DNA from: Bacillota bacterium
GTDB taxonomy: Bacteria; Bacillota; Clostridia; Christensenellales; Aristaeellaceae
Direction: 5' to 3'
DNA: 24,000 nucleotides
NCBI GenBank assembly: GCA_023413135.1
Contig: JAEZQK010000061.1
Span: 25,265 to 49,264, forward strand
The notes beneath the pieces are model-generated. The model was not told the DNA's origin, searched no databases, and saw only the letters and a program-made list of their open reading frames with translations. Positions within the stretch are counted from its first letter, which is position 1, and each line of letters begins with the position of its first letter. The position numbers and the translations under genes are program-made. Shown here in pieces: positions 1-9,525 of the stretch.

Positions 1-1099
1 TGCGGACGGCGATCCCCGCCGCCTTCGCCTCGTCCGCCGTCATCCCCACACAGGCGATCTCCGGGCGGGTATACACGCAGGAGGGCACCAGGTCTTCCCG
101 CACGGACGGCGCATGGCCCGCCGCCCGCTCCACGCAGGCGATCCCCTGGGCGGAGGCGGCATGGGCCAATTGGATGCTCCCGGAAACATCCCCGATGGCA
201 TATACGCCGGGAACGCTTGTTTCATGGTTTGCATCCGTTACGATACGGCCACGGTCTGTTTCTACGGAGAACCCTTCTCCGAACAACCCCTGAGTATTAG
301 CCCGGCGGCCGATGGCGGCCAAAACCGTATCGCCCGCGGCCTGTCCCTGCTTGCCGCCCGCCTCATACGAAACGGTCAGGCTGCCGTCTTCGGCCTTTTG
401 TATCTGCGTTACCCGTGCCCCGGTCAATACAGCAGCGCCGCGCTTTTTAATGATCATGCCAAGGTTTTGGGAAATCTCCCGGTCCATCTGGGGCAGCAGC
501 CTGTCAAGCGCCTCCAGAATGGTGACCTCATAGCCCAAAGCCATGAACAGGGAGGCAAACTCCACCCCGATCACACCGCCGCCGATGATAACGAGCCGCT
601 TGCCTGCCGGGAGAGATGAAAGCAGCCCGTCGCTGGTCACAACCCCGGGAAGATTTATACCTGGGATATTGGGCAGCACAGGCGCTGAGCCCGTGGCGAT
701 AAGGATGCGCTCCGCCGTCAACACCTTGTCTTCCACCGCAACGGTGTGGCTGTCCCGGATCACGCCCACACCTTTCACCAGCGTGATGCCATTTTGGGCA
801 ACCAGCCGCCCAATGCCATCCCGCAGGGTGGATACAATTTCGTCTTTGCGGCCATACATTTTGTTTAGATCAAAAGAAGCGCCTTCCGCAGTTATACCCC
901 AGGCGGAAAGGCTTTTGATTTCTTCATACCCCATGGCGGCATGGAGAAGCGCCTTGGTGGGCACGCAGCCGCGGTTTAAGCACGTACCGCCCACCTCGTC
1001 CTTTTCTACCAGTGCCACCTTTTGTGTAAGCTGCGCCGCCCGGATGGCCGCCTCATAGCCCCCCGGTCCCGCCCCCAGGATGATCCAGTCAAAATCCAT
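1..1099 (-). CDS. lpd: Dihydrolipoyl dehydrogenase (E3 / glycine-cleavage L-protein); 3' end runs off the left window edge
   Basis: Absent from the ORF track because it has no in-window stop. My translation from ATG 1099-1097 reads MDFDWIILGAGPGGYEAAIRAAQLTQKVALVEKDEVGGTCLNRGCVPTKALL..., which includes the FAD GxGxxG motif and the redox-active CxxxxC motif. SD GGGAGA lies 5 nt upstream. It follows lplA in the same orientation. Confidence 0.9.
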   Translation of the reverse strand, partial: MDFDWIILGAGPGGYEAAIRAAQLTQKVALVEKDEVGGTCLNRGCVPTKALLHAAMGYEEIKSLSAWGITAEGASFDLNKMYGRKDEIVSTLRDGIGRLVAQNGITLVKGVGVIRDSHTVAVEDKVLTAERILIATGSAPVLPNIPGINLPGVVTSDGLLSSLPAGKRLVIIGGGVIGVEFASLFMALGYEVTILEALDRLLPQMDREISQNLGMIIKKRGAAVLTGARVTQIQKAEDGSLTVSYEAGGKQGQAAGDTVLAAIGRRANTQGLFGEGFSVETDRGRIVTDANHETSVPGVYAIGDVSGSIQLAHAASAQGIACVERAAGHAPSVREDLVPSCVYTRPEIACVGMTADEAKAAGIAVR

Positions 1100-1111
1100 G
1101 GTTGTCTCCCT

Positions 1112-2110
1112 TTAAAAGTTCTGGTTTGTCAAGAAAGATTGCAGATCCCGGCAAATCTCCTCCGACTGCGCACCAACGGGCGCAATGGCTTCCTTAAGCG
1201 CCGTTCCGTTTAGATGGCATCCGGCGATCAGGCCGGGAAGGCTACGGATCAGGCCTTCATCCAGCGCGTCGGAATAGGCGGCGCATTCCTTGACGCGGCC
1301 CGATTCCACCGAAAATTGCAACTGGATGCCGCCCCAGGCAAAGCGTGCTTCCCCCTCCCACGTGAAGGGGATGGGGCGGCCATAAAGCCAATCCCAGGCC
1401 GAAAACCTCGCCCTTCCCGCGGCCACCTTCTCTCCGTCGATACGGGAAGCGGGCAGTTCCTCGGGCGCTGCGCCGTATACCTTCTCCAAAGCCGAAATCA
1501 GCGCATCCCGCAGCGCAGGGATGGTGAGCGCCGGGCACAGTTCCTGCAGGTTCACCACCCGCGCCCGGACGGAGGATACGCCCTTGGACTCCAGCTTTTG
1601 CTGAGGCACGTTCAAATACCGGGCCAGGTTGTCCATATCCACATGGGTAAGCAGCGTGCCGTGGTGATAGGCATTGGCGCCGCTTTTATAAAAGGCGTTG
1701 CCGGAGAATTTGCGCCCGTCCACTGTGATATCATTGCGGCCGGTGCGCTCCGCCGGGATACCAAAGGAGCGCACCGCCTGCAAAATGACTTCCGTCTGCC
1801 GGGCCACATCGTAGTCGGCCTGGCTTACAAGAAACGTAAAATTAAGATTACCCAGGTCGTGATACACCGCGCCGCCGCCGGAAAGCCTGCGCACCAAATT
1901 GCCGCCATCCTTCTCAAGGTCCGGCACCCGCACTTCCTTCCAGGCGTTTTGGTTGCGGCCAATGACCACCGTATGCCGGTTCTGCCACAGGTACAGGATG
2001 ATTTCCCCCGGCTGTACGGTTTCCAGCAGGTGTTCCTCCAACGCCAGGTTGTCATAGGGAGCCGTGCATTCCGTCACTACATAGCGGCACCGGTTGATCA
2101 AGCGTGTCAC
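1112..2110 (-). CDS. lplA: Lipoate-protein ligase A
   Basis: The 332-aa ORF contains [26 protein letters not shown] and GRKFSGNA, typical of the LplA/LplJ family. The GTG start overlaps the gcvPB stop (GTGA), so the exact start is uncertain. Confidence 0.88.
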   Translation of the reverse strand: MTRLINRCRYVVTECTAPYDNLALEEHLLETVQPGEIILYLWQNRHTVVIGRNQNAWKEVRVPDLEKDGGNLVRRLSGGGAVYHDLGNLNFTFLVSQADYDVARQTEVILQAVRSFGIPAERTGRNDITVDGRKFSGNAFYKSGANAYHHGTLLTHVDMDNLARYLNVPQQKLESKGVSSVRARVVNLQELCPALTIPALRDALISALEKVYGAAPEELPASRIDGEKVAAGRARFSAWDWLYGRPIPFTWEGEARFAWGGIQLQFSVESGRVKECAAYSDALDEGLIRSLPGLIAGCHLNGTALKEAIAPVGAQSEEICRDLQSFLTNQNF

Positions 2111-3525
2111 TCCTTCTCAAATGTATACCGCAGTTTGGGATTCCGGGCCGCCGCCACCTCGTCGGGCCTGCCGATGGGGGTGGTCATTGGGGTCAAATGC
2201 AGGCTTTCCGGGTCGTCCTTGGCACGCTGGGCGATTTCCTTCAGCGCGGCAATGCCTTCCTCCAGCGTTTCCCGGCTCTCCGTTTCGGTAGGCTCTATCA
2301 TCAGCGCCTCGTGCACGATGAGGGGGAAGTACATCGTCGGGGGATGCATGCCCTTGTCCAGCAGCGCTTTGGCCACATCCAGCGCGGACACGCCCGTCTC
2401 CTTCTTGAGCCCTTCCAGGGTCAATACAAACTCATGCATGCAGATGTGGTCATAGGCCAGGTCGTAGTTGTCCTTCAGCCGGTTCATCATATAGTTGGCA
2501 TTGAGGACCGCGTTTTCCGACGCCTCGCGAATGCCTTCCCGGCCCAGGGTGAGGATGTAGGTCAGCGCCCGTACCACTACCAGGAAGTTGCCATAGAACG
2601 CCTTTACCTGGCCGATGCTTTGGGGGCCGGGGTTTTCACCCAGCGCGGAAGCCGGCAAAAAGGGCGCCAGGAAGGCTTTGCAGCCCACCGGTCCGGAGCC
2701 GGGCCCGCCTCCGCCGTGGGGCGTGGAGAAGGTTTTGTGCAAATTCAAATGCACCACGTCAAAGCCCATGTCGCCGGGCCGAACCACGCCCATGATGGCA
2801 TTGAGGTTCGCCCCGTCGTAATAGGTAAGCCCGCCCTCCTCATGAACGATGCGGGTGATCTCCAATATGTTCTTGTCAAACAGGCCCAGGGTGTTGGGGT
2901 TGGTGAGCATGAGCCCTGCAGTATCCTCCCCCACTGCGGCCCGCAAAGCATCCAAATCCACGCAGCCATCCGGGCCGGAGGGGATGCTTACCACCGTATA
3001 GCCTGCCATGGCGCCCGTGGCCGGATTGGTGCCGTGGGCGGAATCGGGCACGATGATCTTTACCCGCTTATTGTCGCCCCTGGACTGATGATAGGCCTTG
3101 ATGAGCAGCACGCCCGTAAATTCCCCATGGGCACCGGCGGCGGGCTGAAAAGTCATCCTGTCCATGCCGGTGATCTCGCACAGGTGCTTCTCGGCGGTAG
3201 ACAAAACCTCAAGGCAGCCTTGCACCGCCTCCTTGGGCTGCAGGGGATGGATGTTTGCAAAGCCTGGCAGAGAGGCCATCTCCTCATTGATGCGGGGGTT
3301 GTATTTCATGGTGCAGGAGCCCAGGGGATAAAAGCCGCTGTTCACGCCATGGGCTCGCCGGGCCAGCTTTGTATAATGGCGGCTGATGTCCGTTTCCGCC
3401 ATCTCCGGCAGATGCGGGGCTTTTTCCCTTTGCAGTCCCTCCGGCAACGCAGCCTCCGGCACGTCGCACTTGGGCAGCAGGCTTACATGATGACCGGGGC
3501 GGCTTACTTCAAAGATCAGGTTCAT
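2107..3525 (-). CDS. gcvPB: Glycine dehydrogenase (decarboxylating) subunit 2
   Basis: The ORF 2107..3597 is trimmed to [11 protein letters not shown]... at ATG 3525, with a GGGAGG SD and an ATGA overlap with the gcvPA stop. The translation is strongly P-protein beta-like ([18 protein letters not shown] pyridoxal-Lys region). Confidence 0.95.
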   Translation of the reverse strand: MNLIFEVSRPGHHVSLLPKCDVPEAALPEGLQREKAPHLPEMAETDISRHYTKLARRAHGVNSGFYPLGSCTMKYNPRINEEMASLPGFANIHPLQPKEAVQGCLEVLSTAEKHLCEITGMDRMTFQPAAGAHGEFTGVLLIKAYHQSRGDNKRVKIIVPDSAHGTNPATGAMAGYTVVSIPSGPDGCVDLDALRAAVGEDTAGLMLTNPNTLGLFDKNILEITRIVHEEGGLTYYDGANLNAIMGVVRPGDMGFDVVHLNLHKTFSTPHGGGGPGSGPVGCKAFLAPFLPASALGENPGPQSIGQVKAFYGNFLVVVRALTYILTLGREGIREASENAVLNANYMMNRLKDNYDLAYDHICMHEFVLTLEGLKKETGVSALDVAKALLDKGMHPPTMYFPLIVHEALMIEPTETESRETLEEGIAALKEIAQRAKDDPESLHLTPMTTPIGRPDEVAAARNPKLRYTFEKE

Positions 3526-4844
3526 TTTCCGCACACCTCCCGGACGGTTTGAATCACGGTATCGAGCTGTTCCCGGCTTACCTGCTCGGTGGCGCACCAG
3601 AGCAATTGATCGTCTCCTACCGGCAGCCCGCCAAGAATATCCTTTGCTTCCAGCGCCTTCAAGATAGCCTCCCGCTTTCCGCCGCAGGCAGTGACGAATT
3701 CATGGAAGAAGGGCGCATATCCTACCCGGCGGATACCGGGGACCTTTACAAGCCCCGCCTCCAGGTAATGGGCCTTGCTCATGGATTGCACGGCCACTTC
3801 CTTGAGGCCCTCCGGCCCCATGGCGGAAAGGTATACGGCGGCGGTGAGGGCGCACAGCGCCTGGTTGGAGCACACATTGGAGCTGGCCTTTTCCCTTCTG
3901 ATGTGCTGCTCCCTGGCCTGCAGCGTCAATACAAAGGCACGGTTGCCGTTATGATCTGTCGTTTCGCCCACGATGCGGCCCGGCAGCTTGCGCATCATAG
4001 CCGTGGTGGCAGCCATAAACCCAAGATACGGCCCGCCGAAGGACAGGGGCATCCCCAGCGGCTGGCCTTCGCCCACGGCAATGTCGGCCCCCGCCTCAAA
4101 GGGGGACTGCATTACAACCAAAGCAATGGGATTCACGCCCAGGATGTACTTGCCGCCTGCCGCGTGCACCTTTTCGCCCAGGAGCCTTGCATCCTCCAGC
4201 GCGCCGTAAAAGTTGGGCTGCTGAACGTAGAGGCATGCGGTATCCTCGCCCAGCATGCTTTCCAGCGCCGCAAGGTCGGTAACGCCGTCCTTCTCCGGCA
4301 CGATGCGCATGGACGCATTGGCCGCATCGCAAAACGTTTGGATGGTGGCAATGGTATCCGGGTGGGTAGTGGCCGACACCAGCGCTGTCACCCGTTTGCG
4401 CTCCCGGCACATGGCCACCGCTTCCGCCGCGGCCTCGGCCCCGTCGTACATGGAGGCGTTGCTTACGTTAAGTCCGGTCAGCTCGCAAATCATGGTCTGA
4501 TATTCAAAAATGGATTGCAAAATGCCCTGGCTGATCTCCGCCTGATAGGGCGTGTAGGCGGTCACGAATTCCTCTTTGGAGGTGACGTATTTCACGATGG
4601 AAGGGATGTAGTGGTTGTACGCCCCCGCGCCCCGTAAAATCACGGAATAGGTTTTATTCTTCCGGGATATGTCCGTCATCTCCCGGCGTACCTCAAACTC
4701 TGTCTTACCCTCAGGCAGGTTCAAAGCAGACTGCAAAAGTACCTGCCGGGGCACATCTAAAAACAGTTCCGAAATATTCTTTAAGCCCAGGGAGGAGAGC
4801 ATTTCCTGCCTCTCCTCCCCGGTGGTGGGAATATAACTGCCCAT
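3522..4844 (-). CDS. gcvPA: Glycine dehydrogenase (decarboxylating) subunit 1
   Basis: The ORF 3522..4931 is trimmed to [22 protein letters not shown]... at ATG 4844, with AGGAGGAG SD immediately upstream. The translation is P-protein alpha-like ([12 protein letters not shown]). Confidence 0.95.
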   Translation of the reverse strand: MGSYIPTTGEERQEMLSSLGLKNISELFLDVPRQVLLQSALNLPEGKTEFEVRREMTDISRKNKTYSVILRGAGAYNHYIPSIVKYVTSKEEFVTAYTPYQAEISQGILQSIFEYQTMICELTGLNVSNASMYDGAEAAAEAVAMCRERKRVTALVSATTHPDTIATIQTFCDAANASMRIVPEKDGVTDLAALESMLGEDTACLYVQQPNFYGALEDARLLGEKVHAAGGKYILGVNPIALVVMQSPFEAGADIAVGEGQPLGMPLSFGGPYLGFMAATTAMMRKLPGRIVGETTDHNGNRAFVLTLQAREQHIRREKASSNVCSNQALCALTAAVYLSAMGPEGLKEVAVQSMSKAHYLEAGLVKVPGIRRVGYAPFFHEFVTACGGKREAILKALEAKDILGGLPVGDDQLLWCATEQVSREQLDTVIQTVREVCGK

Positions 4845-4846
4845 GC

Positions 4847-5224
4847 TTACTCCTCCTTGGGCATGGCCGCGTAGGCATCGGCGTCCATAAGCTCCACCGT
4901 GGCCGTGACGTCCTTTACCCTGATGAACCAAGCCTCATAAGGCGCCTGGTTGATGTTTTGCGGGCTGTCCAGCAATACTTCGTTGATCTCCGCCACTTCG
5001 CCGGAAACGGGGCTGTACACATCGCTGACGGCCTTCACCGATTCCACGTCGCCAAAGGTATCCCCCGCCAAAACGCTGTCACCGGGCTGGGGCAGGTTCA
5101 CAAACACCAGGTCGCCCAGAGCCTCCTGGGCGTAATCCGTCAAGCCGATTTCCACCATTCCGCCTTCCAAGGTACGCACCCATTCGTGGGTTTTGGTATA
5201 CCGAAGCTCTTTTAAGGTGTTCAT
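4847..5224 (-). CDS. gcvH: Glycine cleavage system H protein (lipoyl carrier)
   Basis: The 125-aa ORF reads YTKTHEWV...GDVESVKAVSDVYSPVSG, which includes the lipoyl-lysine motif (ESVKA). Confidence 0.95.
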   Translation of the reverse strand: MNTLKELRYTKTHEWVRTLEGGMVEIGLTDYAQEALGDLVFVNLPQPGDSVLAGDTFGDVESVKAVSDVYSPVSGEVAEINEVLLDSPQNINQAPYEAWFIRVKDVTATVELMDADAYAAMPKEE

Positions 5225-5239
5225 GATGATAGCCTCCTT

Positions 5240-6328
5240 TTATTTAGCCTTTTTGTAAAAGGGCAGGGGAACGACCTTGGCCGCGATGCGCCGGCCCCGG
5301 ACGTCCACCTCCACCTGTGTGCCCAGCTCCGAGATTTCTTTTTCCACCAACGCCATGGCCACCGCCTGATTGAGATACGGGCAGAAGGTGCCGGAGCTGG
5401 TGGTGCCCACCTGCTTCTCCCCCTGAAACACCGCGCAATGCTCCCTGGCGATGCCACGGCCCGTCATGATTAGGCCCACCCGGGCAATTTTCGGCTCACC
5501 CCTGCTAACAAGCGCCGCCTTGCCGATAAAATCCGGTTTGTTCATCTTCACAAAGATGCCAAGGCCGGTCTCCAGCGGCGTGATGTCATCGTCCATCTCA
5601 TGGCCGTAAAGGGGCATGGCCGCCTCCAGCCGGAGGGTATCCCTGGCGCCCAAGCCGCAGGGCACAAGGCCCAAATCCTTTCCCGTATCCAGCAGAAGCT
5701 GCCACAGCCTGGGAGCATCCTCATTTTTGCAGTAGAGCTCGAATCCGCTTTCCCCCGTATATCCTGTGCGGGAAACGATGCAGGTAATACCGCCTACGGT
5801 TCCTTTTTCCACAAAGTAGTAGTACTTCTTGGGAATATCCTCATCCTTGACCAGCCGGGCCAGGATCTCACCGGCCTTCGGCCCCTGCAGCGCCACCTGG
5901 GCCGTTTCGTCGGACACATCCTCCATGCGCACATCCCCGAAAAGGTGCTGCCGCATAAAGGCCACATCCTTTTCCCGGTTGGAAGCGTTCACCACCATCA
6001 TGTACCGGTTCTCGCCCATACGGTAAACGATCAGATCGTCCACCACGCCGCCCCGCTCGTTGCACATGGGGCTGTAGCGCACCTGCCCGTCCACCATGCT
6101 GCCCATATCGTTGGTGACCAGGTTTTGAATGTTGGCCAGCGCATCGGGCCCCGTGAACATGACCTCCCCCATATGGGATACATCAAATAGCCCGCAGGCC
6201 GTGCGTACCGCCATGTGCTCGGCAATCACCCCGGCGGGATATTGTACCGGCAGAATATACCCCGCAAAGGGCACCATCTTGCCACCCAAGGCAACATGGC
6301 TGTCATACAAGGGCGTTTTCCTGTCCAT
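5240..6328 (-). CDS. gcvT: Aminomethyltransferase (glycine cleavage T protein)
   Basis: The ORF 5240..6349 is trimmed to MDRKTPLYDSHVALGGKMVPFAGY... at ATG 6328, with GGAGGAG SD 6 nt upstream. The N-terminus is canonical for GcvT. Confidence 0.95.
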   Translation of the reverse strand: MDRKTPLYDSHVALGGKMVPFAGYILPVQYPAGVIAEHMAVRTACGLFDVSHMGEVMFTGPDALANIQNLVTNDMGSMVDGQVRYSPMCNERGGVVDDLIVYRMGENRYMMVVNASNREKDVAFMRQHLFGDVRMEDVSDETAQVALQGPKAGEILARLVKDEDIPKKYYYFVEKGTVGGITCIVSRTGYTGESGFELYCKNEDAPRLWQLLLDTGKDLGLVPCGLGARDTLRLEAAMPLYGHEMDDDITPLETGLGIFVKMNKPDFIGKAALVSRGEPKIARVGLIMTGRGIAREHCAVFQGEKQVGTTSSGTFCPYLNQAVAMALVEKEISELGTQVEVDVRGRRIAAKVVPLPFYKKAK

Positions 6329-6356
6329 GATTACTCCTCCTATCATCATGTTTACA

Positions 6357-6560
6357 TAAAACAGAAGCGAACAGGCCGCCTTCGCAGCCTATCCGCCTCT
6401 GTTATCGAACCTGAAAGATTCCTCCCCGCGCAATCTAGCACGAAGGAGTTGCTTCTTCGGTGCATCAATGCTTTCCAGAGTTTCGTCCCGGTTTAGTCTT
6501 TTTGCCTGAGAGTTTGTTGCGTCTTCCCCTTCGGCGCCGCCAAATGGCAGTCTCTCCTAA
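6357..6560 (-). promoter_or_regulatory. Tandem glycine riboswitch with terminator expression platform
   Basis: On the minus strand, aptamer 1 reads GGAGAG..CGCCGAAGGGGAAG..CTCTCAGGCAAAAAGAC. Aptamer 2 reads CTCTGGAAAG..GCACCGAAGAAGCAA..TCTTTCAGGT..ACAGAG. A hairpin follows, ACAGAGGCG(6402-6394)/CGCTTCTGT(6369-6361) plus UUUUA. Its 5' arm overlaps the 3' P1 strand of aptamer 2. The element sits directly upstream of gcvT. Confidence 0.85.
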
Positions 6561-6598
6561 ACCGTTCACCCGAAATATGCAATTTTTATTCCGCTGAA

Positions 6599-6627
6599 AG
6601 TGTACAATGACCGCCGTTTTTTGTCAA
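6599..6627 (-). promoter_or_regulatory. Sigma-A type promoter of the gcv operon
   Basis: Minus strand: TTGACA (6627-6622), 17 nt spacer, TACACT (6604-6599). It lies about 40 nt upstream of the riboswitch GGAGAG. Confidence 0.6.
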
Positions 6628-6633
6628 TCTATT

Positions 6634-6685
6634 TTGGAGGGCTTTGCCCTCCAAACCACCCGCTCAAGGACTTGAAGTCCTTGAG
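6634..6685. repeat. Two adjacent perfect hairpins (REP-like module)
   Basis: TTGGAGGGC-ttt-GCCCTCCAA (6634-6654) is a 9-bp perfect stem. CTCAAGGACT-tga-AGTCCTTGAG (6663-6685) is a 10-bp perfect stem. Neither strand has a U-tract after them. Confidence 0.5.
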
Positions 6686-6762
6686 AATCCTGGAATAGGG
6701 GAATTTATTCCGCATAGACCGAAATAACCATGATTGATGCCGGCATGGAGGACATTGTAAAT

Positions 6763-6819
6763 CGTAGGGCGATTATGAATCACCCGCCAAGCGGCATTTA
6801 TCGCCTGCATAAGATAGCC
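6763..6819 (+). repeat. REP-like intergenic repeat, copy 1
   Basis: CGTAGGGCGATTATGAATCACCCGCCAAGCGGCATTTATCGCCTGCATAAGATAGCC is a direct repeat of 6958-7016. It holds two internal hairpins, each with one mismatch. Confidence 0.6.
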
Positions 6820-6957
6820 AGCCGCTCGCTGCCCCTCCCGGTTGCTTTACACCGGAACATGCGGGAGAACACAATCGCCCCCTCGTCGCAGTTTGTTTGT
6901 TGACTTCACTGCCGGCACATTTAGGGGCCGGAAGCAAAGCCAATACACTCTTTACGG

Positions 6958-7016
6958 CGTAGGGGCGATTATCAATCGCCCGCCAGGCTGCACTTATCGC
7001 CTGCACCGGATAGGCC
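6958..7016 (+). repeat. REP-like intergenic repeat, copy 2
   Basis: CGTAGGGGCGATTATCAATCGCCCGCCAGGCTGCACTTATCGCCTGCACCGGATAGGCC. It contains the perfect hairpin GGGCGATT-atc-AATCGCCC and the hairpin CAGGC-N10-GCCTG. Confidence 0.6.
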
Positions 7017-7034
7017 TCGGTCAAACAGGAATCA

Positions 7035-8741
7035 TTACTTATTTTTATTTTGAACCGGCATACCGCAGGGATATGTACTCTCCTGTAAGCCGGGCAGCTC
7101 CACCTTCACAGAAGCATACAAGCGGTATCCCCCTGCCAGATTATAGGCATCAAACCCGTTCTGAGTGAGGATGCGGCAGGCAATGTAGCTGCGAAGGCCG
7201 CTGTGGCAGTGGACGTAAACAGGCTTGGTTTTATCCAATTCGGAAAGCCTTTCCCGCAGCCCATCCACGGGGATATGCACCGTGCCCTCCATCTTTCCCC
7301 GCAGCCGTTCGAAAGACGTGCGCACATCCAGCAGCGTCACGCTGCCATCCCGGGGCAGGCTATCCACGTCATGCCAGTGGAACTGCTTCACCTTGCCGGT
7401 GAGCAGGTTTTCCGCCATGAATCCCGCCATATTTACCGGATCTTTGGCAGAGGAGAAGGGCGGCGCGTAGCACAGCTCCAGCTCCGTCAGGTCATACACC
7501 GTCATCCCGGCCCGGATGGCGGTATTGATCACGTCGCACCGCTTGTCGACGCCTTCAAAGCCCACAATCTGCGCCCCCAGCACCTTGCCGCCTTCCGGGC
7601 TGAACAGCAGCTTGATGGTTTGGCTGGTGGCACCGGGGTAATAGGAAGCGTGGGAATTGCCGAAGGCGTACACCTTGTCATAGGCCATATTCGCCGCCTT
7701 CAAGGCTGCTTCGTTCATCCCCGTAGCCGCCACCGTCATATCAAAGAGCTTTAATACCAGAGCGCCCTGGGTGCCCTTGAAAATGCTTGGAATGCCGCAG
7801 ATGTTATCCGCGGCGATGCGCCCCTGCTTATTGGCGGGCCCCGCCAGGGGCACAAAGACCGGCTGGCCGGATACGAAATGCTTCACCTGCACCGCGTCGC
7901 CCACAGCATAGATGCCCGGGTCGGAGGTGCGCATATGCTCATCCACCAAAATAGCACCCTTGGGACTTACATGAAGCCCGGCCGCCTTGGCCAGGCTGCT
8001 TTCAGGCCGCACGCCTACGGATAAAAGCACCATATCGGCCGGCAGGCTGTTTTCCCCCGCCTGAACCATCAAGCCGTCTTCCTCCGGCACAATCGCCTTG
8101 ACACCTGTATTCAGAAGCAAACGGATGCCTTTTTTCCGCACATAGCCATGGACATCGGAGGCCATGTCAAAATCCAGCGGAGCGATCACATGGTCCAGCA
8201 GCTCCACCACGGATACTTCTAGCCCGGCCTTAAGAAGGTTTTCCGCCATCTCCATGCCGATAGCGCCGCCGCCCACCACCACCGCTCGCCGGGGGTGCTT
8301 TTCTTCAATGAAATCCAGGATTTTTAGCGTATCCGGGATGGTACGCAGCGTGAATACCCTGGGATCCTTCACGCCGGGAATGGGCGGGATCACCGGCTCC
8401 GCGCCGGGGGAAAGAATCAAAGCATCATACGATTCCTGATACGAAGTTTCGTCCTTCAAATTCTTCACCGTGACCGTTTTCCCGGCGGGATCAATGGCCA
8501 CGGCTTCCGAATGAATGCGCACATCCACCCGGAATCTATCAAAAAAGCTTTCCGGCGATTGCAGCGCCAGTTCTTCCTGATCCGTGATAACGCCGCCCAC
8601 ATAATAAGGCAGACCGCAGTTGGCGTAGGAAATGTACGCGCCGCGCTCCAGCAATACAATGCCGGCCTGCTCATTCAGCCTGCGTAAACGGGCGGCGGCG
8701 CTGGCTCCGCCCGCCACGCCGCCGATAATGACAACTTTCAT
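7035..8741 (-). CDS. CoA-disulfide reductase / NADH-dependent persulfide reductase family flavoprotein with C-terminal rhodanese domain
   Basis: The 568-aa ORF reads MKVVIIGGVAGGASAAARL (FAD fold) and YISYANCGLPYY (redox Cys). The C-terminal domain VYVHCHSGLRSYIACRIL has a rhodanese active-site loop. Confidence 0.85.
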   Translation of the reverse strand: MKVVIIGGVAGGASAAARLRRLNEQAGIVLLERGAYISYANCGLPYYVGGVITDQEELALQSPESFFDRFRVDVRIHSEAVAIDPAGKTVTVKNLKDETSYQESYDALILSPGAEPVIPPIPGVKDPRVFTLRTIPDTLKILDFIEEKHPRRAVVVGGGAIGMEMAENLLKAGLEVSVVELLDHVIAPLDFDMASDVHGYVRKKGIRLLLNTGVKAIVPEEDGLMVQAGENSLPADMVLLSVGVRPESSLAKAAGLHVSPKGAILVDEHMRTSDPGIYAVGDAVQVKHFVSGQPVFVPLAGPANKQGRIAADNICGIPSIFKGTQGALVLKLFDMTVAATGMNEAALKAANMAYDKVYAFGNSHASYYPGATSQTIKLLFSPEGGKVLGAQIVGFEGVDKRCDVINTAIRAGMTVYDLTELELCYAPPFSSAKDPVNMAGFMAENLLTGKVKQFHWHDVDSLPRDGSVTLLDVRTSFERLRGKMEGTVHIPVDGLRERLSELDKTKPVYVHCHSGLRSYIACRILTQNGFDAYNLAGGYRLYASVKVELPGLQESTYPCGMPVQNKNK

Positions 8742-8753
8742 GTATTCGTTCCC

Positions 8754-9077
8754 TCACTTTTCCAGGGGGCCTGCGTAACCGGAAATGCCGCCGATGTTCA
8801 CAACCTCCGTATACCCGAGCCGCGCAAAGCCCCGGCAAGCCGCCTGGCTCCTTGCGCCGCTCAGGCAATAGACGTACAGAGGGGCGCCCTTGTCGGGAAC
8901 CTTCTCTTGAATTTCTTCCCACCGGTCCAGCGGCACGGAAAGGCTGCCGGGAATATGACCCCGGCTGTATTCTGCGGGTGTCCTCACATCCACCAGGCGG
9001 GCATCCGGGTTGTCCTTGGCTGCAGCCACAGCCTCCCCCATGGGCATGATGCCGCCGCGGTCAAACAAGCCCGGCAT
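8754..9077 (-). CDS. Single-domain rhodanese-like sulfurtransferase
   Basis: The 107-aa ORF reads LVDVRTPAEYSRGHIPGS...YVYCLSGARSQAA (CxxxxxR loop). GGAGG SD lies 6 nt upstream of ATG 9077. Confidence 0.85.
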   Translation of the reverse strand: MPGLFDRGGIMPMGEAVAAAKDNPDARLVDVRTPAEYSRGHIPGSLSVPLDRWEEIQEKVPDKGAPLYVYCLSGARSQAACRGFARLGYTEVVNIGGISGYAGPLEK

Positions 9078-9078
9078 T

Positions 9079-9390
9079 TTACGCCTCCAACAGCTTCAGG
9101 ATGTCCTGCTTGGAACGGACTCCCACCATGGACCCGGCCAGGTGGCCATTCTTGAACACCGCCAGGGTGGGGATGCTCATTACGCCGAAACGGGAAGCCA
9201 GCTCCGGCTGCTCATCCACGTTGATTTTGCCCACCACGGCCTTTTCGCCCAATTCTTCCGAGATGCCTTCCACCACGGGGGCAATCATCCGGCAGGGGCC
9301 GCACCAAGGGGCCCAGAAGTCCACCAGCACAGGCACCTGCACGGCCAGCACGTCGTTGAAGTTTTCCTTTGTAACCTTTATCGCAGCCAT
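9079..9390 (-). CDS. trxA: Thioredoxin
   Basis: The 103-aa ORF carries the WCGPC active site (VDFWAPWCGPCRMIAP) and the cis-Pro region SIPTL. AGGAGGA SD lies upstream. Confidence 0.95.
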   Translation of the reverse strand: MAAIKVTKENFNDVLAVQVPVLVDFWAPWCGPCRMIAPVVEGISEELGEKAVVGKINVDEQPELASRFGVMSIPTLAVFKNGHLAGSMVGVRSKQDILKLLEA

Positions 9391-9525
9391 TGTATATTTC
9401 CTCCTCTGTCCTTTCGGACAACTTTGATAGACATACTATACCCGCATTTGCGCCATTCGAAAGTGATAAAATCACAAAACGCGGACTTTTTAAAGAAAAT
9501 CGATGACTTTTCTTACGTAAAAAGC

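Noticed and set aside
1214-4637. Long plus-strand ORFs (1214..2455, 2104..3552, 3549..4637) opposite lplA, gcvPB and gcvPA
   Set aside because: These are shadow ORFs typical of GC-rich coding DNA. Their translations are low-complexity (Gly/Arg/His/Ala/Gln-rich), and they have no SD. The opposite strand encodes unmistakable conserved enzymes.
6773-7168. ORFs 6773..7024 (-) and 6842..7168 (+) in the gcv upstream spacer
   Set aside because: They are read-through translations of the REP-like repeats (for example VGAIINRPPGCTYRLH). They have no SD and they overlap each other.
9440-9472. Palindrome TTGTGATTTTATCAC upstream of trxA as a Rex- or CRP/FNR-type operator
   Set aside because: The half-site spacing is one nt shorter than the TGTGA-N6-TCACA consensus, the right half is imperfect, and the site occurs only once. 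Evidence is insufficient.
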